Of a stretch of 64,000 nucleotides of DNA, positions 1-11,822 are shown in pieces; position 1 is the stretch's first letter, and each line of letters opens with the position of its first letter. The translations under genes were made by a program, and so were the position numbers. Source of the DNA: Octopus vulgaris (taxonomy: Eukaryota); NCBI GenBank assembly GCA_951406725.2, contig OX597820.1, positions 98,952,001-99,016,000 of the forward strand, written 5' to 3'. The notes below the pieces were generated by a model. The model worked only from the letters and a program-made list of their open reading frames with translations. It made no database searches and had not been told where the DNA came from.

Positions 1-23
1 AGTTGTACATATACATATATATC

Positions 24-270
24 TTTTACCTTCCACTTGTGTCTGTCATTAGACTTCGGCCATGAATTTTTGGTCGAATCCATCGAAAACCAGAACTTAT
101 TTTTTTAAAGTCTGGTACTTAACCTATCGAATCATTTTGCCGAACCGCTAGTTACGGAGACGTAAACACACCAAAAACGGTTGTGAGGCGGTACTGGAGG
201 ACAAACACAGATACAAAGGCACACAAACACATACACACACACACACACACATACACACACTCATACAAAC

Positions 271-319
<49 letters not shown>

Positions 320-333
320 ATAGATAGTGATAT

Positions 334-401
<68 letters not shown>

Positions 402-588
402 GATACAGACACAGATATACTTATATATACTACAGGCTTCTTCCAGATTCCGTCTACCAAATCCATTCACAAGGTTTGGGTCGGCCCGAAGCTATGGTAG
501 AATACACATGCCCAACGTTCCATGCAGCGGAACTGAACCCGGAACCATGTGGATGAGATCCAAGTTTCTTAACACAGCTTCTCCTGCG
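24..588 (-). mobile_element. tRNA-derived SINE family A (internal microsatellite), diverged copy
   Basis: Reverse-complement similarity to copies at 20543-20988 and 32878-33305 (ttccgtctaccaaatcc, actgaacccggaaccatgtgg); internal (CA)n(TA)n(GATA)n tract. Confidence 0.85.
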
Positions 589-755
589 ATATATATATAT
601 ACATATATATTTCACTCCGGCATTCCAATACTAATAACATGGTGTTACAACTCATTATGCATATGTTTCAGAGAACACCATTAGTTGAGTGCAGAACGTA
701 ATAAGACGTTATATAAATTCCAAGGGAACGAGAAAATAGGTTTAAAAAATTGAGT

Positions 756-824
756 AGCTTACAGCTGTTTCTCCTATCAGATAGAATAAGTGCTTGTGTG
801 TCTCCTTATAGCTTCATCGGAGGT
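756..824 (-). ncRNA. Degenerate minimal hammerhead ribozyme motif
   Basis: Minus strand: acct-CCGATGA-(42 nt)-GAAAC-AGCT-GTA-agct; palindromic loop III; stems I and II imperfect; lies in a (TA)n-flanked island 612-1125. Confidence 0.55.
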
Positions 825-1156
825 TCAAAATGCAGTTTAGAGTTTGAAGAGTAAAAGCCACTTCTAGAAATATGTAGATTTACATCATTGTGTGTCTATA
901 TGTATATTCTGATATGTGTATGACGAAGCCTTGTATTCGGAGGTGTTTATGCACGCACATATAATACAGATAGAATATGTATGTTAATACACATTGTGCA
1001 TATGGTTGACCATAAGATGCCAATAAGATAAATGAAAGAGGGCGAGAGTTATAAAGTGAGGAGCTAATGAAGTCCATTACATCATTTCTTGTCCCCTTCT
1101 CATTTGTATAATTTCTTATAATGACATATGTATATATATATATATGTGTGTGTGTG

Positions 1157-1185
<29 letters not shown>

Positions 1186-1194
<9 letters not shown>

Positions 1195-1630
1195 GTGAAT
1201 GGAAGAAATGGAGTTGAACGAAGATTGTACAGAATTCCTTTTATTACATTCTACACATGTTTCAAAGGCCACAATTTTCCAAATTCTGATTAAATAAGGA
1301 TACCATATTGCAGCTTTCTTTTCAGGAAAAACCAGGAATTACGTTGTCAGAACAAAACAAAACAAAAGCGCAGCAAAGCAATTCGAACGAGGACGCTCCT
1401 TAAGAGCCCATGGGTAAAAAAAAAGGAATTCTGTACAATCTTCGTTCAACTCCATTTCTTCCATTCACTAATTATATTAAACTTCAATTATCCGCGCCAA
1501 CGCACGGTTGCAACACCATATGGTCATATCTCCAACCGTGTTTTTTCTGCTGTGATTTTTGCTACCCAGGTATCGGTTAAACTTTTGAATAATCCGTAAC
1601 AAGATAATTCATCTTTCCATTTCAACAAAC
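1186..1630. mobile_element. Penelope-like pLTR remnant with inverted duplication, in (TA)n
   Basis: Perfect 57-bp inverted repeat 1186-1242 / 1421-1477; HHR-like motif and AATAAA on the minus strand; (TA)n on both sides. Confidence 0.7.
1249..1328 (-). ncRNA. Hammerhead ribozyme motif with G8A core mutation
   Basis: ttc-CTGAAAA-gaaagctgcaat...attgtggccttt-GAAAC-ATGT-GTA-gaa; about 12-bp stem II with one mismatch; AATAAA a few nt downstream. Confidence 0.65.
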
Positions 1631-1686
1631 ATATATATATATATGCAAATACACATATACATACATATATATAAACACACACATAC

Positions 1687-1732
<46 letters not shown>

Positions 1733-2614
1733 ATGTATGTATGTATGTATGTATATGTGTATATATATGTATATGTATATATATAAATATATATACATAT
1801 ATAGGGAGAGAGATAGCAAGATAGATAAATATTCATACAAACATATATATATACATATATATATGAGGGTGTATGTATGTGTGTGGCTTTTGCGTATGCG
1901 AATACAGGCATGTATATGCACACCCACCCACACACAGGCGCATGTCCATCTTTCAGTAAGTACATCATCTGGGTTCGCCAGTATCACTAACATTCTGGAT
2001 AATAAAGTAAAAGCATGTTGTCATCTTAATGTGACAGTCCCATAAAAGGGAAGAATGCTACTGTTATTTAGCCCTAGGAAACACCGTTTCCTGTTGGACT
2101 TGACACATTTCCTGTGTCCATTAATGTGCTATCACTTTATCGTGCTGCTACTGCATAAATTTCTCTGAGAGATTTAGAAATATATTATTTCCATTCTGGA
2201 TAATACTGCAAAATCGTGATATTAACCTGATTTTGTATTTATTTAACTTTTCTTTTACGCTATTTATAATGATATGCATTGACTATATACTTTAATAAAT
2301 CTTGACATTAATCAAGTATCTTCAGTCCTTATGTAAATGTATCTTTTTGTTTAATCAAAAACAATCTCAACTGCCGCCCGCAGGTCCTTTTGATTGGCAC
2401 GCCTAACGAAAAATTACCTAGGATGTTTTTTTTTTCAGTAGAGCGGCCCATCTTAAAGAGGAACCATATCTTATGAAGCCCGCTTCTGGAAATAGGTTTC
2501 CCATGAGTTTAGGACATGTATCATGGTATAGGTGGTTTGTCCAATAGGTGGTTTGCTACAATTCGGTTTTGTTCGTGAGTCTGATTTGTGCAGTGTGGCG
2601 TATGGTATGAAGTC

Positions 2615-2905
2615 CCATCATCATCCTCATTGTTCAACCGTGGTCGAGACAATGGAATTTACCATGCTACGCCAGACTTCACGGTCCATCATGGCATTAC
2701 GGAGGTCCTGTTGCTGGATGCCTGTATCCCTGGATATTACATCAGGGTAGGAGAGTGTGCTCCCTCTGGTATTGCGAGTAGATGAATTCCAGAGGAGAAG
2801 AGTAGAAATTGCCTCGTTTTCAGCTCTACAACAATGTCCAGCAAACTGGACTCTCCTACCTTTCACAAGAGATGACACAGGATTATGAAGTCCCAGTCTT
2901 GAATG
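2615..2905 (-). mobile_element. RTE-type LINE 3' end fragment
   Basis: ORF 2627-2878 (RRVQFAGHCCR...LLLW...RG...DLRNAMMDREVWR) resembles the RTE ORF C-terminus and is followed by a (TGA)n tail. Confidence 0.8.
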
Positions 2906-2997
2906 AATTGTAAATTTGCATTAAATTATTTTCACATCAGTAAGTTAATTCATTCATACGTATAAACATGCATATATGTACAAGCGCACACACACGC

Positions 2998-3648
2998 ATG
3001 ATGGCTGCCCCCTCGTTATCGAGTATGGCCATTGCACGAAGCTTAACTGTTATTGATGCTGTGATCGAATGTGACTTTTATTTACTTTTTAAGGCTACAG
3101 ACAGCCATTCAGTTGAGACCCACAGCACCATCAACAATCATGAACAATGTTGTTATCAAGCAATGCCTGCGAAAGAAGATTTTTTTTAAAGTGAGGAAAG
3201 GCTGTGCACTGAGTCAATCCCACTCACTAAGCAACAGCAGCCATAATCCGAAAAGAAAAACAAGTCAACATCATCGGTAACCACTGAACTGCAGGTTTTA
3301 TGTCGAAGTTATCCCAGTTACCTGAGTTACCTTCTCCTAGAAGAATGCCCTAACAAAGGCTAGGAGTCCTTCACTCCCAATGGTTTAACCGCGCGATCGG
3401 GTATTCAGTCCGATTATCTCTATGTCCCAGCGCATGATACAGCCTTAAGACATTTATTGGATGGCCGTTGACTCCAAGAGTTCCTCCGCCCTTTGACGGG
3501 TTTTGTTTTTCATCCTGCAGGGTGTCCAGTAAACACCCTCCTCACCAAGCGAGCTTGATGGGGTTGCTGGTTTAGTCGCCGACGGCCCGACCATGCAACA
3601 GATTGTACTGGGTTACATGTTACCAGTAGCACTCGAAAGTGACCTGAC
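2998..3648 (-). mobile_element. Non-autonomous RTE-derived (bipartite) element
   Basis: Shares both termini with 51047-51510 (gatggctg...ctcgt...gtatg.ccat and ggtttagtcgccga.ggcccgaccatg...agtagcact...tgacctgac); no ORF; abuts (CATA)n. Confidence 0.6.
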
Positions 3649-3664
3649 ATACATACATACATGC

Positions 3665-4220
3665 ATGCATACATGTACGTCATTATTCAGTTTTATTTCA
3701 AAATGTCTTGCCAATAAAGAGCCGGTTTCTAACCTAGATCCAAGTCTCCTTCATTGGAATTTCAACATTAACAACAGGGTAAGTATGTATGTATGTATGT
3801 ATGTATGTATGTATGTATGTATGTATGTATGTATGTATGTATGTATGTATGTATGTATGTATGTATGTATGTATGTATGTATGTATGTATGTGTACGTGC
3901 AGATTTGTATGTTTTGTTATTTATATGTATTCTCATGCATATACTTCCATATCTAGATATGCTCATTTATACTTTACAGATTTATACAGTTCCAGTGATG
4001 GCTTGGATCTGTAGTCTTCGAATCAGCTTTCTCCGTTCTGGTTTTGAGAAGCCTAATTACTCAAGACTGGTATATAGGCAGTGTGTTACATATCCTAGTG
4101 TCTCAATAATTTCCTGCACTTGTAATCTGGATGGAGTAACTGCAGATTTCTCGACAGTTCAGTGTAGGTATTCTCTTTTTCACTGATCTGCAGCTTTATA
4201 TTAACATCCGATGGGCAGAT
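3665..4220 (-). mobile_element. 3' end of RLE-type (R4-like) non-LTR retrotransposon in (CATA)n
   Basis: Hand translation: ICPSDVNIKLQISEKENTYTELSRNLQLLHPDYK...LGYVTHCLYTSLE*LGFSKPERRKLIRRLQIQAITGTV*ICK; 3' UTR ends aataaaactgaataatgac; homologous to 51563-52313 and 26797-27075. Confidence 0.75.
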
Positions 4221-4532
4221 GTATGTATGTATGTATGTATGTATGTATGTATGTATGTATGTATGTACGTATGTATGTATATATGTATATGTGTATGTAA
4301 GTATGTTCATACCTTCGTACCTACGTACGTACGTATGTATTTTATGATCCACAAAGATAAGAACTTAATTGCAGCTTCTGTTGGTTCAAATCAGATATGC
4401 AGTCTATGTAGTGTTTTTTCAATACAATGTCTGGTTTAAAAAGTACAAGTGGTAGTCAGACTCTGCATGAGGAGTAGACAATGTATGTATGTATGCATGT
4501 ATGTATGTATGTATGTATGTATGTATGTATGT

Positions 4533-4597
<65 letters not shown>

Positions 4598-4600
4598 TAT

Positions 4601-4746
4601 ATGACGGGCGTCTTTCAGTTTCCGTCTACCAATCCATTCACAAGGTTTTGGTCGGCCCAAGGCTATAGTAGAAAACACTTGCCCAAGGTGCCACGAAGTG
4701 GGACTGAACCCGAGACAATGTGGTTGGGAAGCCACTCCAGCGCCTA
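4601..4746 (-). mobile_element. SINE family A, 5' half
   Basis: tttcagtttccgtctacc...cacttgcccaaggtgccac...gggactgaaccc matches the other family A copies. Confidence 0.85.
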
Positions 4747-4807
4747 TATGTATTTATAAAAACATTGGGAGATATGAATAATCGGGCGATCCCGTCATCG
4801 AGCACTT

Positions 4808-5809
4808 TATATAGGATCTTATCTAGCGTAGAGTACCATCAACCAAGGAAGAGCATTTATTCTTCAGAAACTGATAAAAAGGATCACTTTGCGAATCCAA
4901 GACATGGCCCAGTGGGCATGTTATAAGCCCCACACAATGAATAATAGTTAATTTTATGGAGGAAAAGAGAACTCGTGTCGATGTTACGATCGTTTTCGTA
5001 AACGAACGTCGATTATTCCATAACACGTGTAAAATTGACTTATATATGAAATATATGCGACAGATGCAATAACATTACTCTTCATGCACCTCCTCAGACA
5101 TCTTGATTTCAAACACAATCAATCATAAAATAAATCCGCGATGCAGGATAAATTTATATCACTTCATGGGCGTGTCAACAGAATGCAAATAGACCAACTG
5201 TATATAATCCATTATCAACAAAACAACCAGCATATTGTATGTCAGACAAGATCTAAGTCGATTAATCAAAATAAAACTCAGTTAAATAGATTTTATAGAT
5301 GAAAATGTATTCCGTTTAGTGCGCTTTACTTGTTTTTATGACCTGTCTGGTAACTTAGGACAATTAGCATGGGATACAGGCGAGGCAGTTTCGATAATAA
5401 GGATAGCGAAGTAGACGAAAATAAAGTATGTAGGACGTGAACTACCAATATTTAAAACTCTCTCATATTATACCCCTCCCGTTCTCACTCTCACCCTTTT
5501 TATATGCGTATGCTTACACAAGATCAGTTACATGTGTGTGCATACATACACGCACATACTTCGTCACATACACACGCACAAAATATATATGCGCATATAT
5601 AGGTATGGTAATGCAATATATATAGGATCCTATCTAGCGTAGAGTACCATTAACCAAGGAAGAGCATTTATTCTTCAGAAACTGATAAAAAGGATCACTT
5701 TGCGAATCCAAGACATGGCCCAGTAGGCATGGCCCACAGAATGAATAATAGTTAATTGTTATGTGACTGTCTCGTTCAAAACAGCTGAAGGTGGCTTCCC
5801 TTTGAGCCA

Positions 5810-5810
<1 letters not shown>
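4808..5810 (-). mobile_element. HHR-bearing element with head-to-tail partial duplication (period about 811 bp)
   Basis: About 140-bp direct repeat at 4808-4953 and 5619-5757; HHR at 4980-5102; (TA)n at the right end. Confidence 0.65.
4980..5102 (-). ncRNA. Near-intact minimal hammerhead ribozyme with long stem II domain
   Basis: gatgt-CTGAGGA-(93 nt)-GAAAAC-GATC-GTA-acatc; perfect 5-bp stem I; palindromic loop III; one extra A in the GAAA box. Confidence 0.7.
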
Positions 5811-5872
<62 letters not shown>

Positions 5873-6572
5873 AAGTTTTCTAATAAATTTTAGAAATACG
5901 CCTTGCTAAGAAATGAAGTTGTGCCAATTATAATGTTGTAGTTTTTCGACGAAGATTATGACTATAGGAGAAATAAATGTACCGTTAATTTAACTATATT
6001 AGGTGACCCAATGGCTTTTCTACAATATAAAATGTTTAAGCACCATGTGAAAAACAAGCAAAGCGTTTAAACCACGAGCTGTATCGCTCTGTGTACTGCT
6101 GAAAGATTGAAATTCTTTGGCTAGTTTCTAGTATTCTTAGACTTTCGTTAGAGCACAATCTTCTAAACACGGAGACACTACTGGCTTATACAAACTAGCA
6201 CTAGTTAGGCATGCGTTCAGAATTTGGATCACAACATTGCTTGTGCACTATATGACGCTTTAGAGTAATTTGAAGCGTAAGATGTACCATTATAAGAGGG
6301 ACATTATATTTCAAGGCGAATTAGAGGATTTGATAGAATGACAAATGATTTATGAGGGTGAATTGTTTCTGAATGCCTACACTGTAAGTTCAAATTCTGC
6401 TGAGATTTCTTTTTATTTCCTCGGGGGTCGATAAAAAGGAATCAGTCAAGAACAGCTGAATATGGCGGAATTGCTTTATATGGGTGCGTGTATGTATAAG
6501 TCTATGCACAAACATAAACACATATATGCATACACATTTTTACAGAAATATTTATGCATTTAATGTGTGTAC

Positions 6573-6609
<37 letters not shown>

Positions 6610-7493
6610 TTCATGTATGTAAGTGTATATATATATATATATATATGTATGTATATATATATATACAACCACATATATGTGTGTATTTACATATATACGC
6701 GTGTATGTACACATATATGTACACATACTCACACATACACTCATACACACACATACGTATACATAGCCGCAAACATTGACACACGTACATCATAAATACA
6801 TACATACATACATACATACATACATACATACATGCATGCATACATACATGCAATGCACACACATACATACATACATACATACATACATACATACATACAT
6901 GCATACATACATACATACATACATCTATTCCCACATAGAGACATACAAACGCACATATATACACAGGGAGAGCTGCGTGTTTGTTATGTTGTTTATGTAG
7001 CCTGCATAACCAATTTATAATGGTATCAGTTCAAAACCACCAAATATTTCAGGATTCCAACTTAGATGTCAATACCACTATTGCACCGTCACAGATATGT
7101 CTGTGGTCTGTGGTCTGTGTGTGTGTGTGTTTGTACTCCTGTCGTCTGTGTGTGTATACGTCTGTGATTGTGTGTGTTTGGATGCCAGTCAATGTATCCG
7201 TCAGTTCATATAATATAGATGTATATATCTGTGCGTGTAAGTGTGTGCGTGTGCATGCATGTGTGTGTGTGTGTGTTTGTATTCCTGTGGTCTGTGTGTG
7301 TTTGCTTTTGTGTGTGTTTGTATGTGTGTGTGCGTGAGTTTGTTTATGTCTAATCTAAGCTATGTGTATCTATTAATCTGTACTTACTCAGTATGACTGG
7401 GGTTTCTGGAGATGTCTGTAATTCTAATTCTAATTTTTCTAGTGTATACATACATGTGTATGTATAGCTCATACTTATATACATACATCTATA

Positions 7494-7561
<68 letters not shown>

Positions 7562-8440
7562 CATATATATATATATATATATATGTATGTATACATACAC
7601 ATATATATATTTATATATATGTGTATGTATACCTATGCATGTGTGTATAGTGTATATATATATACATATATATAGATAGATGGATTATAGTGTATACATA
7701 TATATATACATACATATATACAGACATGTATGTATATGTATATATATTTATATATAGTGAGTACATATGCATGTATATAGTGTATACATACATGCGTGCA
7801 CATATATATGAATCTGTGTATATATGCGTATGTGTGTATGTGTGCGTGTACATATACGAATCTCTGTATATATTTATATGACATAATACATCTATATGCA
7901 TATACATGTATAATATAATTATATTTATATATTATACGTATATGCAAACATACGTACGCACACACATACGCGCAACATATTTACATTATTACATACATAT
8001 ATAAACATACACACACACACAGACACGCAGATGTATATACAGTTTGGTTTCAAAGCATGTACGTCTGTTTCTGTATATATTTGTATGCGTGTGTGTAAGT
8101 GTTTGTATATGTGTGTGTGTAAGCTTTTTAGTAAACGCGTGCAAACATGTGCATAGACATGGATGTAAATGTGTATGAGTGTGTATCTGTATGAACGTGT
8201 GTTTGTGCCAACATTACATCTTTATATGTGCCAATCGCTTATTTTCGACATGTTTGTCTATGGGAGTACTGCATCAGAAGTTGAGTGCGTGTAACTGATT
8301 GAAACTGCGTTTATGTGAGTGTATCTGTGTATTCGCTGCCTTTTGTTAATAAGTTTAGCATAGGTAGAAGAGGTATTCCTCTAGGTCTTTACAAGCTTTC
8401 CTTGATTGATAACATTTATGTGGCTTGCCCAAGGTGCCAC

Positions 8441-8799
8441 CGCGTGGTACCTTCGGCAAGTGTCTTCTACCAAAGCCTCGGGCCGACCAAAGACTTGTGA
8501 GTGGATTTGGTAGACGGAAACTGAAAAGAAGCCCTTCGTATATATGTATATGTATATGTATATGTATATACATATATATGTGTGTGTATTTGTGTGTCTG
8601 TGTTTGTCCCCCCAACATCGCTTGACAACCGATGCTTGTGTGTTTACGTCCCCGTAACTTAGCGGTTCGGCAAAAGAGACCGACAGAATAAGTACTAGGC
8701 TTACAAAGAATAAGTCCTGGGGTCGATTTACTCGACTAAAGGCGGTGCTCCATCATGGCCGCAGTCAAATGACTGAAACAAGTAAAAGAGTAAAAGAGT
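8441..8799 (+). mobile_element. SINE family A, 5'-truncated
   Basis: Matches family A from gcgtgg.acctt through the (gtaaaaga)n tail. Confidence 0.9.
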
Positions 8800-9337
8800 G
8801 GCTAATATCTACTTAAGAACTTTTTCTGGAAGAACAAAATACTGGAAGAAACTGGGATAAGGACCAAGTACTTGCAACAGAGTTAAAGGCACGCAAGGTT
8901 CAACCGATAGTGAAATGTTAAAGTGAGTAACTTCTTAGACATACCAGCAAATTCCCCCGATGGCTACCCGTGTATGTCAAGCTATATGTGGTTCTTTTTT
9001 TTTTTTTTTTCGAAGAGGAAAACACTCGAGGATCACGACTGGAACTCCTTTGAATATAGATGCACTCTGTCAAAGCTGATCTGGGGTTCAACAACAACTA
9101 CAATTGCAGTAGCAGCAGCGGCAGCAGCAGTAGCAACAACAATAGGGCTCATTCCAGTTAATAGTAAATACGTACGGCATAAGAGGAACACCTCACCACT
9201 TGTAAGCAGTGGGAACACAATAAAACTTGAAGAGTGTTTGGTTGGCTTGAAAACTTCACTTCAATTTCTCATATTTATATACGTATGTGTGCGTATACAT
9301 ACATACATACATATATACGTACATAGATATGCATGCT

Positions 9338-9373
<36 letters not shown>

Positions 9374-9374
9374 G

Positions 9375-9452
<78 letters not shown>

Positions 9453-9604
9453 CCTCTTCGTTTTCAATGATATATACAACAATGACCAACATATGTTTCA
9501 ATTGCAACAACTACACATTGCTCCGTATGTAATTTTGCATCCTAGTCTGTATATATAAACATATATATATATATATACTTATATATATATATATATATAT
9601 ATAA

Positions 9605-9673
<69 letters not shown>

Positions 9674-9674
9674 T

Positions 9675-9962
9675 AACGGGTGCAGTGAATAAATTGACGG
9701 CTTAATTATACAAAAACGAAAATAACACTGACATCCCAAGTTTAACAGATATTTTTACCAAAATTACATAAAAATATCTTGAATTCCAACGAGAAAGTCC
9801 TGTTTATAGAGTGGAAACCAGCTCTTTTCCCATTAGTGTGAAATTCGATAAATATGACGAGAAACGAACATGCAATCGTGCATACATGCATGCATACATA
9901 CATACATACATACATACTTACATACAAACATACATACATACATACATACATACATACATACA

Positions 9963-9994
<32 letters not shown>

Positions 9995-10862
9995 CAGAAA
10001 TTCGCTAAGTGTAACTTCTTATAAGCACAAATTTAATAAAATATTTCTACACAACTCCCCGAAATTCAGGAGGAGAATTCGAAACAACTTCGGAATCCCC
10101 TACAGCTCTTCTGGGCGGTCTTCATGTTTAAGGTGGTGAATGCTGCCATAATCCTTCCCTTCAGTTCATCTTTGGTGGTAGTTATATTTGTTGGTCTCTC
10201 ACTCAACTGCGCCCCACACATAACAATCAAGGGGGTTGCAGCCTGGAGAGTTATATGGCCAGATGTTAGTGATGATGTGGTCGGAGAAATTGTCTGACAG
10301 CTATGACTGGGTTCTCCTGCTTGTGTGGCATGGTGCAGAGTCCTGTTACCAGACATAGGGTCTTCCAGCAGCCACCCTCTTGATCCAGGGAAGCACTACT
10401 TCCTCCAGGCGCTTGATGTAGGCTTCCGTGTTGAGACTGAAGCCATGTGAGAAGATGAATGGAGGCATAGCGTCACCATTTCTAGTGATCACTCCAAACA
10501 CCGTGATGTTGACTGGATGTTTGATTTTTATCACTCTCGGTACATATTTTCGGGACATGGCAAGCCAACGGTTGTTCTGTGTGTTCATCATCTGATCCTG
10601 GCAGAAACGCTTTTCGTCTGAGAAAAATCAAAGCATGTTTGATTCGAGGGGATGCTTGAGTTTGTTTAAAAGCTTCGTAGCGTGGCCTTTCTCTTTGCCT
10701 TTGATGACATCGGATAAAAATTGGCCCTTTCTCATCTTGTATGAGGAATACTGAATGTCTTCATGCACTATCTACCCGATAAGTAGCTCAAACTCCCATG
10801 TCCTTGGCAATTGACCTGATTGACTTGGAGAGATCGTTGTCAATCATGGCCTGGATCTCACA
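9675..10862 (-). pseudogene. maT-type (DD37D) Tc1/mariner transposase remnant, interrupted
   Basis: FFSDEK...NTQNNRWLA...HPVNITVFGVI...VLPWIKRVAAGRPYVW across frames; colinear with 31915-32798; foreign sequence at about 9784-10082. Confidence 0.85.
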
Positions 10863-10864
10863 TA

Positions 10865-10900
<36 letters not shown>

Positions 10901-11077
10901 TGTATGTATGTATGTATGTATGTATGTATGTATGTATGTATGTGTGTATGTATGTATGTATGTATGTATGTATGTGTGTATGTATGTGTGTGTGTGTATG
11001 TGTGTATGTGTGTATATATATATATATATGTATGTATGTATGCATGTATGTATGCATATGTATGTATGTATGTATGC

Positions 11078-11108
<31 letters not shown>

Positions 11109-11155
11109 TGTATGTATGTATGTATGTATGTATGTTTGTATGTATGTATGTATGT
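10865..11155. repeat. (TATG)n microsatellite
   Basis: Directly visible. Confidence 0.95.
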
Positions 11156-11196
11156 AAGCAGAGAGTGTCTGAAGTGGTGTGCAGATGTTGCATATC

Positions 11197-11317
11197 GAGA
11201 AAAAGGAGGGAGTCAGAATTTTGGAAAATGATTTTAAATTTTGTCTTGAAGAGTTCGGTTAACGAACGAAAGCGCGAAGAGAGAATTATCCAAAATTCTG
11301 ACTGCCTCCCTTTTCTC
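11197..11317 (+). other. 29-bp inverted repeat enclosing a degenerate HHR-like motif
   Basis: Arms 11197-11225 / 11289-11317 (2 mismatches); inside TTGAAGA-gttcg-gttaa-cgaac-GAAA-gcgc. Confidence 0.55.
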
Positions 11318-11318
11318 A

Positions 11319-11367
<49 letters not shown>

Positions 11368-11607
11368 TGTGTGTGTGTGCGTGTGCGTGTGTGTGTATAT
11401 ATACATAGAAAGATAGATACATACATACATACATTCATACATACATACATATACACACACAGCGCATGCGCACATGCACCCTCTCACACACGCACACACA
11501 CTCATATATATAGTTAAGATTGCACAGAAAATGTGATAGTGTACGCAAGTAATAACTTATATGTATGTTTGTATATTTGTATATATGTAGTTATGCATAC
11601 AGATAGT

Positions 11608-11695
<88 letters not shown>

Positions 11696-11822
11696 CTGAT
11701 TGGATAAGATCAGAGTAGTTAATGCAAAAGCTTGAGGGAAGAATCGATATCCTTGCGATATATGAACCATAGAACCTATAAGAATTATTTTCGCTAAGGA
11801 AGAACTCCTCGGCAGAAATTCT

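Noticed and set aside
3565-3650. Pistol, HDV-like or twister ribozyme assignment for the RTE-derived 5' end
   Set aside because: The required pseudoknot pairings are not conserved between the two copies; kept only as an unassigned structured candidate.
3720-3765. CCAATGA...GAAACCGG motif (also 52225-52260 and 9785-9825) as a hammerhead
   Set aside because: No NUH triplet with a pairing stem I; the segment is better explained as the 3' UTR of the (CATA)n-associated LINE.
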